In this document: positions 1 to 11,067 of the stretch, piece after piece
How the letters are laid out: each line of letters starts with the position of its first letter
How positions within the stretch are numbered: the stretch's first letter is position 1
DNA from: Actinophytocola sp.
GTDB taxonomy: Bacteria; Actinomycetota; Actinomycetes; Mycobacteriales; Pseudonocardiaceae
NCBI RefSeq assembly: GCF_050699915.1
Contig: NZ_JBOHGA010000005.1
Coordinates: 278 to 64,277 of the forward strand
Length of the DNA: 64,000 nt
Reading direction: 5' to 3'
Notes under the pieces: generated by a model
The model's database searches: none
The model's input: only the letters and a program-made list of their open reading frames with translations
What the model was told of the DNA's origin: nothing
Translations under genes and position numbers: made by a program

Positions 1-981
1 GTTGACCGAGGCGCGCGCGCCGGCCGCGTGCTTGCGCACGTTGGTGAGCGCCTCCTGCACCGTCCGGTACACCGCGTGGGACACCGAGCGGGGCAGCCTG
101 GACGGCTCGGCCTCGACGTTCAGCGCGACCGGGACCGCCTCGCAGCGGAAGTTGCGCACCAGGTCGCCCAGTTCGTCCACGCCGGGCTGCTGGCCCTCGC
201 CGCCGTCGCCCGAGCGCAGCAGGCCGACCAGGCTGCGCAGCTCCTCGAGCGTGCGGGTGGACAGCCGGCGGATGGTCGTCGCGGTCTCCTTCGAGTCCTC
301 GTCGCTCGCCGCGACCTGCATCGCGCCCGCCTGCATGGCGATGAGCGTGACCTGGTGGGACACCACGTCGTGCATCTCGCGCGCGAGCTTGGTCCGCTCG
401 GCGGCGCGCACGGTCTCGGCGTAGAGGGCCTTCTCCCGTTCTCGACTGTTGGCGAGCTCGGTGATGCGGGCGGAGAGCTCCTTGCGAGCGGTGATCAGCA
501 GGCCGATGGCCACCGGCATACCGGCGACGACGACGGCCCACATGAACTCCAGCGCGTGCTCGCGCCAGGTCATGGCGGCGAACTCTTGCAGCGGCCAGAT
601 GATGAAGTAGCAGCAGAACACCAGGATCGAGCTGACCACCAGCTGCCAGCTCCAGCCGCGGCGCTTGGCGAGCGTGCCGAGCGCGACCATCGCGGCGAGC
701 TGACACCAGCCGGTGAGGAAGCCTGGGACCGTGACCAGCACGGCGAGGAACGGCACGTGCCGGCGCATGACCATGGCCGCCACACCGGCTCCGGAGAGCC
801 ACACCTGATAGTTCTGCGTGTCCTCGGGGATCACCAGCCACACGTCGAGCACGGCCAGCACGACGGCGACGACATCGGAGGCGAGGTTCTTGGCACGCGT
901 GCTCGCGCGGAACGCGATGACCCAGCGCGGCAGTGCGCGAGTGACCAGCCGGGGGCGCGGGATGAGCCGGAACTCGTCCAT
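1..981 (-). CDS. Membrane sensor histidine kinase (HisKA_3/NarX-like), runs off the window edge
   Basis: Minus-strand translation from ATG 981 gives N-terminal TM segments, the H-box IAREMHDVVSHQVTLIAMQAGAMQ and AVYRTVQEALTNVRKHA at the window edge. Start could be further upstream. Confidence 0.9.
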   Translation of the reverse strand, partial: MDEFRLIPRPRLVTRALPRWVIAFRASTRAKNLASDVVAVVLAVLDVWLVIPEDTQNYQVWLSGAGVAAMVMRRHVPFLAVLVTVPGFLTGWCQLAAMVALGTLAKRRGWSWQLVVSSILVFCCYFIIWPLQEFAAMTWREHALEFMWAVVVAGMPVAIGLLITARKELSARITELANSREREKALYAETVRAAERTKLAREMHDVVSHQVTLIAMQAGAMQVAASDEDSKETATTIRRLSTRTLEELRSLVGLLRSGDGGEGQQPGVDELGDLVRNFRCEAVPVALNVEAEPSRLPRSVSHAVYRTVQEALTNVRKHAAGARASVN

Positions 982-1393
982 CGGTGGGGTGAGCGTTGAC
1001 GCGACCAGGGCGCTACCTCCTGTCTGGGTGCTGGCCTCTCCCTCCGCGGCGTCTCGTGTAGGCAGCTCGCGGACACCAGCTCGTTGTCGCGGCAGCTCCA
1101 TCCCGGCGGGCGCGCTGTGGCGCGCTGTGGCAGGGTGGTGCTGTTGCCGTGGCGACATGGTCGACCTCCCTCCGGAGTTTTGCTCCGCACCCATTGAAGA
1201 CAGAAGCATCGTCCGCGTGGGACGTTTCATTACAGATAACTGTGCTGGAGCAAATCACCAGTTACCGGTTTGCCCTATTTGGACGTTCGCCGGGGCCGAA
1301 TCGACGAAGGTGGCTGGGCCAGTCGGTCCAGCGTGTTTTCGCAGCTCTTCGGCCTGTGTCGGCGCCTGGAGGCGAGTTTTCGGCCATCATCAG

Positions 1394-1429
1394 GCCACGA
1401 GAATGACATTCCGTGTTCATTTTCGTGGC
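1394..1429. terminator. Imperfect inverted repeat downstream of pgl, probable operon terminator
   Basis: gccacgagaatgac ... gttcattttcgtggc, about 30 nt past the pgl stop. Confidence 0.5.
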
Positions 1430-1461
1430 TGAGCGGCGAAATTGGGCCGCGGGCGCGCGGC

Positions 1462-2229
1462 CTAGCTCACCCGCGCGGAGGAGACGCCGGGTGCCTTGGC
1501 CGCGGCCGCCGTGTCGAGAAGCCACCGGGTGTGGCGCTGCCCGCGCGCGCCGGCGGCTGGGATCGCCACCTCGTCCGCGCCGCCGAGTGCCATCGCCACC
1601 GGGGCGGCCTTGCCCTCTCCGGCCGTGACGAGCCAGACCTCCGCCGCGCGGCGGATCGCGGGCAGGGTCAGGCTGACCTGGACCGGCGGCGGCTTCGGGC
1701 AGTCGTGCACGGCGACGACCGAGCGCTCGGTCTCGTGCACCGCCGGCGAGTCGGGGAAGATCGAGGCCGTGTGGCCCTCCTCGCCCACGCCGAGCAGACA
1801 CACGTCGAAGCTCGGCACGTGGTCCACCGCCCCCGCGGCCGCGGCCAGCAGCTCGGCGTACCGCTCCGCCGCCTCCTCGGGGGAGAGCCCGGCGTCCGAG
1901 GGCGCCATCGCGTGCACGCGGGACGGCGCCACCGGCACGTGGTCCAGCAGGGCCTGCCGCGCCAGCGTCTCGTTGCGCTCGGGGTCGCCGGCGGGCAGGA
2001 AGCGCTCGTCGCCCCAGTAGACGTCCACCGCGGACCAGTCGACGGCGTCGCGGGCCGGCGCCGCGCGCACCTGTTCCAGCACGGCCGCGCCGGTCCGGCC
2101 GCCGGTGAGCACCACCGACGCCGTGCCACGGGCGGCCTGCGCGTCGACCAGGCAGGTCACCAGGCGCGCCGCGGTCGCCGCGGCGAGCAGCTCGGGGCTG
2201 CCGTACGCGACCACCTGCGGTGTCGTCAC
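1462..2229 (-). CDS. pgl: 6-phosphogluconolactonase
   Basis: VLTGGRTG, WGDERF, CLLGVGEEGHTASIFP and DCPKPPP motifs; last gene of the PPP operon; GTG start overlaps the opcA stop. Confidence 0.95.
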   Translation of the reverse strand: MTTPQVVAYGSPELLAAATAARLVTCLVDAQAARGTASVVLTGGRTGAAVLEQVRAAPARDAVDWSAVDVYWGDERFLPAGDPERNETLARQALLDHVPVAPSRVHAMAPSDAGLSPEEAAERYAELLAAAAGAVDHVPSFDVCLLGVGEEGHTASIFPDSPAVHETERSVVAVHDCPKPPPVQVSLTLPAIRRAAEVWLVTAGEGKAAPVAMALGGADEVAIPAAGARGQRHTRWLLDTAAAAKAPGVSSARVS

Positions 2230-3269
2230 GGCGTGGCCCCGGCCTTCGCCTTCGGGGACTCCTTCGCCGCGGACTTCCCGTCGGACTTGGCGGTCGACTT
2301 CGCCCGGCTGGACTTGTCCGCCGCCGGCTTCGCGGCGGTGGCCGCCCGGGCGCGGCGGTCGATCTTGCCCAGCGACTTGAGCGCCAGCGCGTAGATCTCG
2401 TCCGCGTCGAGCCGGCGCAGCTCCTCCGCGAGGCAGTCGCGCACCGGCCGCCGCTGCAACGCCACCCGGCGGTTCGGCTGGCCCGGCTGGGTCAGCTCGC
2501 CGACCGTGCCATCCGGCCGGTGCAGCTCGACCGTGCCGGACCGGCGCTCCAGCTCGACCTTCACGATTCCCTCGCCGTAGCGGGCCTTCAGCCGCCGCAC
2601 GGGCACCCGCAGCCGCGCGGCGAGCCACGCGGCGAGCAGGTCCGCCGAGGGCGAGTCACCCTCGCCGCTGACCGTGGCCGTGGTGACCCGCTCGTAGGGC
2701 GGCAGGTCCAGCGCGGAGGCGAGCACCGCCCGCCACAGCGTGAGCCGCGTCCACGCCAGATCCGTGTCACCGTCCATATAGGACTTCGCGCGGGCTTCCA
2801 TGGCCTTCGTCGGGTTGCGCGACGCCGCGGCGTCGGTGATCCGGCGGGTGGCGAGCGCCCCGATGGCGTCCTTGGCCGGCACGGCCGGCGCCTCGAACGG
2901 CCACCAGGCGACGACCGGCGCGTCCGGCAGCAGCATCGGCACCACGCACGAGGCGCCCTCGTTGGCGAGCGGGCCGTACAGCCGCAGCACGATGACCTCG
3001 CTCGCGCCGGCGTCGCCGCCGACGCGGATCTGCGCGTCCAGCCGCGGCGAGGCCTTCTTCGCGCCCCGCGCCACCACGATCACCCGGCACGGGTGCTCGC
3101 GGCTCGCGTGGTTGGCCGCGTCGATGACCTCCTCGGTGCGCTCGCTGTCGTCGGTGACGATGACCAGCGTGAGCACCCGGCCGATGGTGTTCGCACCGCC
3201 CTGCTCGCGCAGGTGCACGAGCTTGCTGTTCACCTGTGAGGTCGTTGTGGCCGGCAGGTCGATGATCAC
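2226..3269 (-). CDS. opcA: Glucose-6-phosphate dehydrogenase assembly protein OpcA
   Basis: MIIDLPATTTSQVNSKL, REHPCRVI, LLPDAPVVAWWP, DTDLAWTRLT; directly after zwf. Confidence 0.93.
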   Translation of the reverse strand: MIIDLPATTTSQVNSKLVHLREQGGANTIGRVLTLVIVTDDSERTEEVIDAANHASREHPCRVIVVARGAKKASPRLDAQIRVGGDAGASEVIVLRLYGPLANEGASCVVPMLLPDAPVVAWWPFEAPAVPAKDAIGALATRRITDAAASRNPTKAMEARAKSYMDGDTDLAWTRLTLWRAVLASALDLPPYERVTTATVSGEGDSPSADLLAAWLAARLRVPVRRLKARYGEGIVKVELERRSGTVELHRPDGTVGELTQPGQPNRRVALQRRPVRDCLAEELRRLDADEIYALALKSLGKIDRRARAATAAKPAADKSSRAKSTAKSDGKSAAKESPKAKAGATP

Positions 3270-4795
3270 GGACGCCTCCAGTGTCGACCGGTACGGGCGA
3301 GCATCTTGTTTGCCGAGCCCGGCCCCCACGTGCCGGCCGAGTAGGACTCCGGCCGACCGCTGGCGTGCCATGCCCGGATCACCGGGTCGAGGATCTCCCA
3401 GGACCGCTCGACCTCGTCGTTCATCGGGAACAGCGAGGGCTCGCCCAGCAGCACGTCCAGGATCAGCCGCTCGTAGGCCTCGGGGGAGGACTCGGTGAAG
3501 GAGTGGCCGTAGCTGAAGTCCATGTTGACGTCCCGGACCTCCATCGTGGAGCCGGGGACCTTCGAGCCGAACCGCATGGTGACGCCCTCGTCCGGCTGCA
3601 CCCGGAACACGAGCGCGTTCTGGCCGAGCTCCTCGGTGGACGTCGCGTCGAACGGCAGGTGCGGGGCGCGCTTGAACACGACCGCGATCTCGGTGACCCG
3701 CCGGCCCAGCCGCTTGCCGGTGCGCAGGTAGAACGGCACGCCCGCCCAGCGGCGGGTGTCGATCTGCAGCTCGATCGCCGCGAAGGTCTCGGTGGTGGAG
3801 TCCTTCGCGAAGCCGCCCTCCTCCAGCAGGCCGGGCACCTTCTGCCCGCCCTGCCAGCCGCCGGTGTACTGGCCGCGCGCTGTCGTCTCGGAGAACGGGC
3901 TCGCTGCCTTGGTCGCCGCGAGGATCTTGGCCTTCTCCGCCCGGACCGCCTGCGGCCCGAAGGAGATCGGCTCCTCCATCGCGGTCAGTGCGAGCAGCTG
4001 CAGCAGGTGGTTCTGGATCACGTCGCGGGCGGCGCCGATGCCGTCGTAGTAGCCGGCGCGCCCGCCGAGGCCGATGTCCTCGGCCATGGTGATCTGCACG
4101 TGGTCGACGTAGTTCGAGTTCCAGATCGGCTCGAACAGCTGGTTCGCGAACCGCAGCGCCAGGATGTTCTGCACGGTCTCCTTGCCGAGGTAGTGGTCGA
4201 TGCGGAACACCGACTCCTCGGGGAAGACCCCGTTGACGATCTCGTTCAGCCGCCGGGCGCTGGTCAGGTCGTGCCCGAACGGCTTCTCGATGACCACCCG
4301 GCGCCACTGGTCGAACGTCGGCGCCGCCAGCCCGGTGCGGGCGAGCTGCTTGATGACCTTCTCGAACGCGCCGGGCGGGATCGACAGATAGAAGGCGTGG
4401 TTGCCGGCCGTGCCGCGGATGCGGTCGAGGTCGGTGACCGTCGTGACGAGGTTGTCGAACGCGCCGTCGTCGTCGAACGAGCCCTGCACGAACCGGCACC
4501 CCTCGGCGAGCCGGTCCCAGACCGACTGCCGGAACGGGGTCCGCGCGTGCTCCTTGACCGCGTCGAACACGACCTGGCTGAAGTCCTCGTCGGCCCAGTC
4601 CCGGCGGGCGAAGCCGACCAGCGAGAAGCCGGGCGGCAGCAGGCCGCGGTTGGCCAGGTCGTAGATCGCCGGCATCAGCTTCTTGCGGGAGAGGTCGCCG
4701 GTGACCCCGAAGATCACCAGGCCGCACGGCCCGGCGATCGTGGGCAGTCGCTTGTCCCGCCCGTCGCGCAGCGGGTTCTGCCAGGTACGTGTCAT
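3266..4795 (-). CDS. zwf: Glucose-6-phosphate 1-dehydrogenase
   Basis: IFGVTGDLSRKKL, RIDHYLGKETVQN, RWAGVPFYLRTGKRL. Confidence 0.97.
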   Translation of the reverse strand: MTRTWQNPLRDGRDKRLPTIAGPCGLVIFGVTGDLSRKKLMPAIYDLANRGLLPPGFSLVGFARRDWADEDFSQVVFDAVKEHARTPFRQSVWDRLAEGCRFVQGSFDDDGAFDNLVTTVTDLDRIRGTAGNHAFYLSIPPGAFEKVIKQLARTGLAAPTFDQWRRVVIEKPFGHDLTSARRLNEIVNGVFPEESVFRIDHYLGKETVQNILALRFANQLFEPIWNSNYVDHVQITMAEDIGLGGRAGYYDGIGAARDVIQNHLLQLLALTAMEEPISFGPQAVRAEKAKILAATKAASPFSETTARGQYTGGWQGGQKVPGLLEEGGFAKDSTTETFAAIELQIDTRRWAGVPFYLRTGKRLGRRVTEIAVVFKRAPHLPFDATSTEELGQNALVFRVQPDEGVTMRFGSKVPGSTMEVRDVNMDFSYGHSFTESSPEAYERLILDVLLGEPSLFPMNDEVERSWEILDPVIRAWHASGRPESYSAGTWGPGSANKMLARTGRHWRRP

Positions 4796-6423
4796 GTGCC
4801 CGCCTCTTGAACGGCCTTGACGAGGTGGGCCAGACCCGCGGCCCGGTCGGTGAGATGCAGGCGCAGCACCGGACGGCCGTGTTCGCGCAGGACCTGCCCG
4901 TCGCCGAGCGCCTGCGCCTGCTGCAGGGTGCCCAGCGTGTAGGGCCGCCCGGGCACCTGGATGTCGTCGGTCACCGCGCCGGTCAACTGGAGGAAGGCGC
5001 CGTTCTGGTGGCCGCCCTTGTGGTACTGGCCGGTGGAGTGCAGGAACCGAGGTCCCCAGCCGAACGTGGTCTGCACGCCCGTCCGGCGGGCGAGCTCGGG
5101 CCGCAGCACGATCGCCGAGGCGTCCGCGATCCGGTCGAGGTAGGCCTGCACGGACAGGTAGCCGAACTCCGGGACGGTGCCGAGGAAGGCGGTGAGCGCG
5201 CCGGCGAGCGTGTCGGTGCCCTCGGGCAGCAGGCCATCGGGAGCGTGCACCTCGACTGGACCGTCTACAAAGGATGGTGCGGCGACGTCCGCGGACGGCG
5301 CGTCCAGCAGCGAGCGGGCCGCCTTCTTCGCCGCCTCGACATCCGGCTGGTCGAACGGGTTGATCGAGAGCAGTCGGCCGACGAGCGCGATCGCGGTCTC
5401 CCACAACTGGAACAAGCCGCCGAGTGTGCCCTCGGTGGCCAGCAGCACGCCCTTCGGCGACGGGCCGATGGCGACCGGCGTCGCGTCCTCCCGCGCGTCG
5501 GTGAAGCCGGGGCTGTCCGGGTTCTCGACCACGACGGGCAGCAGCCCGGTGCCGTCCTTGCCGGTGGACTCCGCGATGAGCTGCTCGGCCCACTCGCCGA
5601 AACCGGAGATGCCCGAGCCGGTGTCGGCCAGCACGAGCTTCTCCGAGCCGCGGGTGTGCGCCGCGCCGAGCGCCGCCGCGAGCAGGATCGCCGGGTTGTC
5701 CTCGACGTCGCTGCCGAGCTTGGGCGCGGGGTTGTGCGCGTCGTCGAGGAGCCTGCGCAGGTCGGCGCCGGCGAGGCCGGAGGGGACGAGCCCGAACGCG
5801 GTCAGCGCCGAGTAGCGCCCGCCCACGTGCGGGTCGGCCCGGAACACCTTGCGGTAGCCGGCTTCCGTGGCCGCCTCGTCCAGCGGTGAGCCCGGGTCGG
5901 TGACCACGACGATCCGGCTGGCGGCGTCGATGCCGGCGTCGGTGAACGCCTGCTCGAAGATCCGCCGGTGGCTGTCGGTCTCCACCGTGGAGCCGGACTT
6001 GGACGACACCACCAGCACCGTGCGGGTCAGGTCGCCCTCCAGCGCGTCGGCGACCTGGCCCGGGTCGGTGGTGTCGAGCACGACCAGCGGCACGCCGGCG
6101 GTGCTCGTGATCACCTCGGGGGCGAGTGACGAGCCGCCCATGCCGGCGAGCACGACCCGGTCCAGGCCCTCGGCCCGCAACTCGGCGTGCAGCGTCTCGA
6201 TCTCGCGGACCACCGGTACCGAGGTCTCGTGCAGCCCGGTCCAGGCCAGCCGGATCGATGCCTCGGACTCGGCGTCGGGGCCCCACAGGGTGGCGTCCTG
6301 CGCGGCGAGGCGGGACGCGACCCGATCCGCCACCATCTGCTCGATCAGCGGCCTGGCCTCGGCCAGCAGCCGCTCCTGTGCCGTCCCGGCCGTCTCGTCG
6401 GGCCGTTCGTCCGGCTGTGTCAT
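4792..6423 (-). CDS. pgi: Glucose-6-phosphate isomerase (tal-associated actinobacterial type)
   Basis: LAGMGGSSL, SSKSGSTVET, GGRYSALT, EQLIAESTGK, NPFDQPDVEAAK. Confidence 0.9.
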   Translation of the reverse strand: MTQPDERPDETAGTAQERLLAEARPLIEQMVADRVASRLAAQDATLWGPDAESEASIRLAWTGLHETSVPVVREIETLHAELRAEGLDRVVLAGMGGSSLAPEVITSTAGVPLVVLDTTDPGQVADALEGDLTRTVLVVSSKSGSTVETDSHRRIFEQAFTDAGIDAASRIVVVTDPGSPLDEAATEAGYRKVFRADPHVGGRYSALTAFGLVPSGLAGADLRRLLDDAHNPAPKLGSDVEDNPAILLAAALGAAHTRGSEKLVLADTGSGISGFGEWAEQLIAESTGKDGTGLLPVVVENPDSPGFTDAREDATPVAIGPSPKGVLLATEGTLGGLFQLWETAIALVGRLLSINPFDQPDVEAAKKAARSLLDAPSADVAAPSFVDGPVEVHAPDGLLPEGTDTLAGALTAFLGTVPEFGYLSVQAYLDRIADASAIVLRPELARRTGVQTTFGWGPRFLHSTGQYHKGGHQNGAFLQLTGAVTDDIQVPGRPYTLGTLQQAQALGDGQVLREHGRPVLRLHLTDRAAGLAHLVKAVQEAGT

Positions 6424-6431
6424 CTGGTTGC

Positions 6432-7544
6432 TCAGCTCCCTGCCGCTGCCTTCAGTTGGCCGTCGACCGACTCGAGAAGCTCCTCCCAGGACTTCTCGAA
6501 CTTCTCCACGCCCTCGTTCTCGAGCGTGAGGAAGACGTCGGTGACGTCGATCCCGGCGGCGGACAGGTCGTCGAACAGCTGCTGGGCCTCGCCCGCCCGG
6601 CCGGTCACGGCGTCGCCGCTGATCTTGCCGTGGTCGGCGACCGCGTGCAGGGTGTTCTCCGGCATCGTGTTCACCGTGTCGTTCACGACCAGGTCGTCGA
6701 CGTACATCGTGTCGGCGTAGTCGGGGTTCTTGACGCCGGTGGATGCCCACAGCGGACGCTGCGGCCGGGCGCCGGCATCGGCCAGCGCCTGCCAGCGCGG
6801 TGAGCCGAAGACCTCCTGGAACGCCGCGTAGGCCAGCCGCGCGTTGGCCACCGCCGCCTTGCCGCGCAACGCCTTCGCCTCGTCCGTGCCGATCGCGTCG
6901 AGCCGCTTGTCGACCTCGGTGTCCACGCGGGAGACGAAGAACGAGGCGACCGAGGTGAGCGTCGAGATGTCGTGTCCGTTGGCCTTCGCCTGCTCCACGC
7001 CGGCGATGAACGCGTCCATCACCTCGCGGTAGCGCTCGACGGAGAAGATCAGCGTGACGTTGACGCTGACGCCCTCGGCGAGCGTGCGGGTGATCGCCGG
7101 GAGGCCATCGGCCGTGGCCGGGATCTTCACCAGCAGGTTCGGCCGGTCCACGGTCTTCCACAGGTCCAGCGCCTCGGCGACGGTCTTGTCCGCGTCGTGC
7201 GCCGAGCGGGGGTCGACCTCGATCGACACCCGGCCGTCCACGCCGCCGGTGGCCTGCCACACGTCGCGGAACAGGTCGCAGGCGTTGCGGATGTCGGTGG
7301 TGGTGATCTCCTTGACCGCCGCGTCGAGCGAGGCGCCGCGGGCGGCGAGCTCGCGCACCTGGTCGTCGTAGTCCGCCGCGTCGGCGAGCGCCTTCGCGAA
7401 GATCGTCGGGTTGCTGGTCACGCCGACCACGTGCTTGTCGCGCACGAGGTCGGCCAGGTTGCCGGTGTTGAGCCGCTTGCGGGAGACGTCGTCCAGCCAG
7501 ATGGAGACTCCGGCCTCGGACAGCTTGGCGAGTGTGTCGCTCAT
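6432..7544 (-). CDS. tal: Transaldolase
   Basis: [48 protein letters not shown]. Confidence 0.97.
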   Translation of the reverse strand: MSDTLAKLSEAGVSIWLDDVSRKRLNTGNLADLVRDKHVVGVTSNPTIFAKALADAADYDDQVRELAARGASLDAAVKEITTTDIRNACDLFRDVWQATGGVDGRVSIEVDPRSAHDADKTVAEALDLWKTVDRPNLLVKIPATADGLPAITRTLAEGVSVNVTLIFSVERYREVMDAFIAGVEQAKANGHDISTLTSVASFFVSRVDTEVDKRLDAIGTDEAKALRGKAAVANARLAYAAFQEVFGSPRWQALADAGARPQRPLWASTGVKNPDYADTMYVDDLVVNDTVNTMPENTLHAVADHGKISGDAVTGRAGEAQQLFDDLSAAGIDVTDVFLTLENEGVEKFEKSWEELLESVDGQLKAAAGS

Positions 7545-9664
7545 GCCTGCCCCTCCAATTTCCGTAGCGAGTTGCGAGCCGCCGTCACCACCGCTTCGGA
7601 GGTGAAGCCGAACTCGCGAAACAGAGTCTTGTAGTCCGCCGAGGCGCCGAAGTGCTCGATCGAGACGACCTCGCCGGCATCGCCGACGAACCGGTGCCAC
7701 GGCTGCGCGATGCCGGCCTCCACGGCCACCCGGGCCCGCACCGACGGTGGGATCACCTCGTCGCGGTAGGCCTCGTCCTGCGCGTCGAACCATTCCACGG
7801 ACGGCATCGAGACCACTCTGGTTGGAACGCCGTCGGCCTCCAGGATCTTCCGTGCCTCCACCGCCATCTGCAGCTCCGAGCCGGTGGCGACCAACACGAC
7901 CCGGGGCACCCCGGCCGAGGCCGCGGTGGATTCTCTGGCCAACACGTAGCCGCCCCGGCGCACGCCCTCCGCGGCGAGCTCCTTGGTGCCCTCGAGCACC
8001 GGCAGGTTCTGCCGGGTCAGCGCCAGGCCCACCGGCTGGGTGTGCTGGCCGAGGATCGCCCGCCAGGCCGCGGCGGTCTCGTTCGCGTCGCCCGGGCGGA
8101 GAATGACCAGGCCGGGGATCGCCCGCAGCGCGGCGAGGTGCTCGATCGGCTGGTGGGTCGGACCGTCCTCGCCGAGGCCGATCGAGTCGTGCGTCCAGAC
8201 GTAGGTGACCGGCAGCTGCTGCAGCGCGGCCAGCCGCACCGGCGGGCGCATGTAGTCGCTGAACACCAGGAACGTCGCGCCGTACGGGCGGGTCGGGCCG
8301 TGCAGCACGATGCCGTTGAGGATCGAGCCCATCGCGTGCTCGCGGACGCCGAAGTGCAGCGTGCGGCCGTAGGGGTCGGCGTTCCACTGCGTCGTGGACG
8401 CCTTGTGCGGGCCGAACGAGTTGGCACCCTTCATCGTGGTGTTGTTGCTCTCCGCGAGGTCCGCGGAGCCGCCCCACAGCTCGGGCAGGACGTCCGCCAG
8501 CGCGCTCAGCACCTCGCCGGACGCCTTGCGGGTGGCCAGGCCCTTTTCGTCGGGGTCCCAGCTGGGCAGGGCGTCGGTCCAGCCGTTCGGCAGCCGGTAG
8601 GCCGACGCCCGGTCGAGCAGCTCCTTGCGCACCGGGTTGGCCCGCGCCCAGCTGTCGAACGCGACCTCCCACTCGGCGCGGACCTGCTTGCCGCGCTCGG
8701 CGACCATCCGGGAGTGGGCCAGCACGTCGTGCTCCACGGCGAACTTCTGGTCCGGGTCGAAGCCGAGGATCTTCTTGACCTCGCGGACCTCGTCCTCGCC
8801 CAGTGCCGCGCCGTGTGCCTTGCCGGTGTTCATCTTGTTGGGCGCCGGGTAGCCGATGACGGTCTTGAGCAGGATGAACGAGGGGCGGCCGGTCTCCGCC
8901 TTCGCCGCCTCGACGGCCGCCAGGATCGCGGTGACGTCCTCGCCGCTCTCCACGACCTGGACGTGCCAGCCGTAGGCCTCGTACCGCTTCGCGGTGTCCT
9001 CGGACAGCGCGATGTTCGTGTCGTCCTCGATGGAGATCTTGTTGTCGTCGTAGATCAGCACGAGGTTGCCGAGCTCCTGGCGGCCGGCGATCGAGGACGC
9101 CTCGGAGGACACGCCCTCCTCGATGTCGCCGTCGGAGGCGATGACGTAGATGAAGTGGTCGAAGACACTCTCGCCCGGCGCGGCGTCGGGGTCGAAGAGC
9201 CCACGCTCGCGGCGGTTGGCCATGGCCATGCCGACCGCGGAGGCGACGCCCTGGCCCAGCGGCCCGGTGGTGATCTCCACGCCGCGGGTGTGGCCGTGCT
9301 CGGGGTGGCCGGGGGTCAGCGAGCCCCACTTGCGCAGCGCGGCGATGTCGTCGATCTCCAGGCCGTAGCCGGAGAGGAAGAGCTGCAGGTAGAGCGTGAG
9401 GCTGGAGTGGCCGGCGGAGAGCACGAACCGGTCCCGGCCGATCCACTCGGGGTCGTTGGGGTCGTGCCGCATGACGCGCTGGTAGAGGGCGTACGCGGTC
9501 GGCGCCAGGCTCATCGCCGTGCCCGGGTGGCCGTTGCCGGCCTCCTGGACGGCGTCGGCGGCGAGCACCCGGATCGTGTCGACGGCTCGTTTGTCGAGAT
9601 CCGTCCAGTCGTCCGGGGTGTTCTGCGTGGTCAGGCGGGCGAGTTCGTCACTGGTGATGGACAC
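7541..9664 (-). CDS. tkt: Transketolase
   Basis: [30 protein letters not shown] (TPP binding), [16 protein letters not shown]; GTG start inferred. Confidence 0.97.
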   Translation of the reverse strand: MSITSDELARLTTQNTPDDWTDLDKRAVDTIRVLAADAVQEAGNGHPGTAMSLAPTAYALYQRVMRHDPNDPEWIGRDRFVLSAGHSSLTLYLQLFLSGYGLEIDDIAALRKWGSLTPGHPEHGHTRGVEITTGPLGQGVASAVGMAMANRRERGLFDPDAAPGESVFDHFIYVIASDGDIEEGVSSEASSIAGRQELGNLVLIYDDNKISIEDDTNIALSEDTAKRYEAYGWHVQVVESGEDVTAILAAVEAAKAETGRPSFILLKTVIGYPAPNKMNTGKAHGAALGEDEVREVKKILGFDPDQKFAVEHDVLAHSRMVAERGKQVRAEWEVAFDSWARANPVRKELLDRASAYRLPNGWTDALPSWDPDEKGLATRKASGEVLSALADVLPELWGGSADLAESNNTTMKGANSFGPHKASTTQWNADPYGRTLHFGVREHAMGSILNGIVLHGPTRPYGATFLVFSDYMRPPVRLAALQQLPVTYVWTHDSIGLGEDGPTHQPIEHLAALRAIPGLVILRPGDANETAAAWRAILGQHTQPVGLALTRQNLPVLEGTKELAAEGVRRGGYVLARESTAASAGVPRVVLVATGSELQMAVEARKILEADGVPTRVVSMPSVEWFDAQDEAYRDEVIPPSVRARVAVEAGIAQPWHRFVGDAGEVVSIEHFGASADYKTLFREFGFTSEAVVTAARNSLRKLEGQA

Positions 9665-9860
9665 GGACCAAGGCTCCCATTGACTCGACTGCGTGATCGT
9701 TCGAGCGGCCCGCGTGTCGCGTCCCCTCGACCGTGCGACCCGCGCGTCTACCTCGTAGTACCTCGTCAGCGCCAAGACTAACGAAGGCACCCGAGGCGGG
9801 CGGGTCATGGTCACGCGGCTACGATTCCGTCGTTGCCGAGTTGACCAAATGGGGAGTTGC

Positions 9861-10808
9861 ATGCCGCCGGTGAGCGCTGCCGCGGACTCCGTCCGCGCCG
9901 CGGGTGGCAGACGTCGTCGCAAGGACGCGCTGCTGGCCTACGTCGCGCTGACCAAGCCCCGGATCATCGAGCTGCTGCTGGTCACGACGGTGCCGGCGAT
10001 GATGCTCGCGGAGCGCGGCATCCCGTCGCCGTGGCTGGTGTTCGCCACGCTGTTCGGCGGGACCATGGCCGCCGGCTCGGCGAACGCGCTCAACTGCGTC
10101 GCGGACGCCGACATCGACGCGGTGATGAAGCGCACCCGCTCGCGGCCGCTGCCCCGCCACAGCGTCCCGCCGCGGAACGCCCTGATCTTCGGCGTGACGC
10201 TCGGCGTGCTGTCGTTCGCGTGGCTCTGGCCCACGACGAACCTGCTGGCCGCGTCGATGGCGGTCGGCGCGATCCTGTTCTACGTCTTCGTCTACACCTT
10301 GTTCCTGAAGCGGCGGACCGCGCAGAACATCGTGTGGGGCGGGGCGGCCGGCTGCATGCCGGTGGTCATCGGCTGGTCGGCGGTGACCGGGTCGATCGAG
10401 TGGCCGGCGCTGGTCATGTTCGGCGTGATCTTCTTCTGGACGCCGCCCCACTTCTGGGCCCTGGCGATGAAGTTCCGCGACGACTACGCGCGGGCGGGCG
10501 TCCCGATGCTCCCGGTGGTGACGACGGCCGAGCGCGTGGTGCGCCAGATCGTCACGTACTCGTGGGTGATGGTCGTGTGGACGCTGCTCCTGGTGCCGGC
10601 CACCGGCTGGGTGTACACGGCGTTCGCGGCCGTCTCGGGCGGCTGGTTCCTGGTGGTCGCACACCGGCTCTACGCGACGGTGCGCCGGGGCGAGCCGGGC
10701 CGGCCGATGAAGCTGTTCCACATGTCGAACACCTACCTGACCTTGGTGTTCGTGGCGCTGGCCGTGGACTCGGCACTGGGCCTGCCCGTTCTCGGCTGGC
10801 CGTTCTAG
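9861..10808 (+). CDS. ctaB: Protoheme IX farnesyltransferase (heme O synthase)
   Basis: [50 protein letters not shown]; divergent from tkt. Confidence 0.95.
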   Translation: MPPVSAAADSVRAAGGRRRRKDALLAYVALTKPRIIELLLVTTVPAMMLAERGIPSPWLVFATLFGGTMAAGSANALNCVADADIDAVMKRTRSRPLPRHSVPPRNALIFGVTLGVLSFAWLWPTTNLLAASMAVGAILFYVFVYTLFLKRRTAQNIVWGGAAGCMPVVIGWSAVTGSIEWPALVMFGVIFFWTPPHFWALAMKFRDDYARAGVPMLPVVTTAERVVRQIVTYSWVMVVWTLLLVPATGWVYTAFAAVSGGWFLVVAHRLYATVRRGEPGRPMKLFHMSNTYLTLVFVALAVDSALGLPVLGWPF

Positions 10809-10852
10809 CCCACGGCGGACAAACGTGCGTGGTCTCGTGTCGACCAACGCAA

Positions 10853-10865
10853 CCTCAGGGGAACG
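10853..10865 (+). repeat. Truncated copy of the interspersed repeat core
   Basis: cctcaggggaacg is 13/13 identical to the start of the reverse-complemented 54238-54274 core; upstream aacgcaa resembles that copy's flank. Confidence 0.55.
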
Positions 10866-11010
10866 TCGATGTCGCCGCTGTTCAGCAGCGCGCAGCGGGC
10901 GCCGGGGTGGTGCTGGGCCAGGTACGCCGCAGTCACCGCCGGCGCGGTGAGCACATGGTTGACGCCCACCCCGAAACCTCGATCAGCACCGCCTCGACCG
11001 TGCGGCTCAC
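10866..11010 (-). pseudogene. Deleted and frameshifted remnant of a HAD-IIA hydrolase (TIGR01458-like)
   Basis: GTG-SRTVEAVLIE (HAD motif-I-like start), then in another frame GFGVGVNHVLTAPAVTAAYLAQHHPGARCALLNSGDID, then runs into repeat sequence. Confidence 0.7.
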
Positions 11011-11067
11011 CGTAGTTGACGCCGCACGCGGTGAGAAATTACCGTCTGGTTATTGAACCTGGAGGTG

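Noticed and set aside
28-999. Plus-strand ORFs 2..424, 28..999 and 818..1432
   Set aside because: Antisense shadows of the minus-strand kinase. The ORF track omits the kinase because it runs off the edge.
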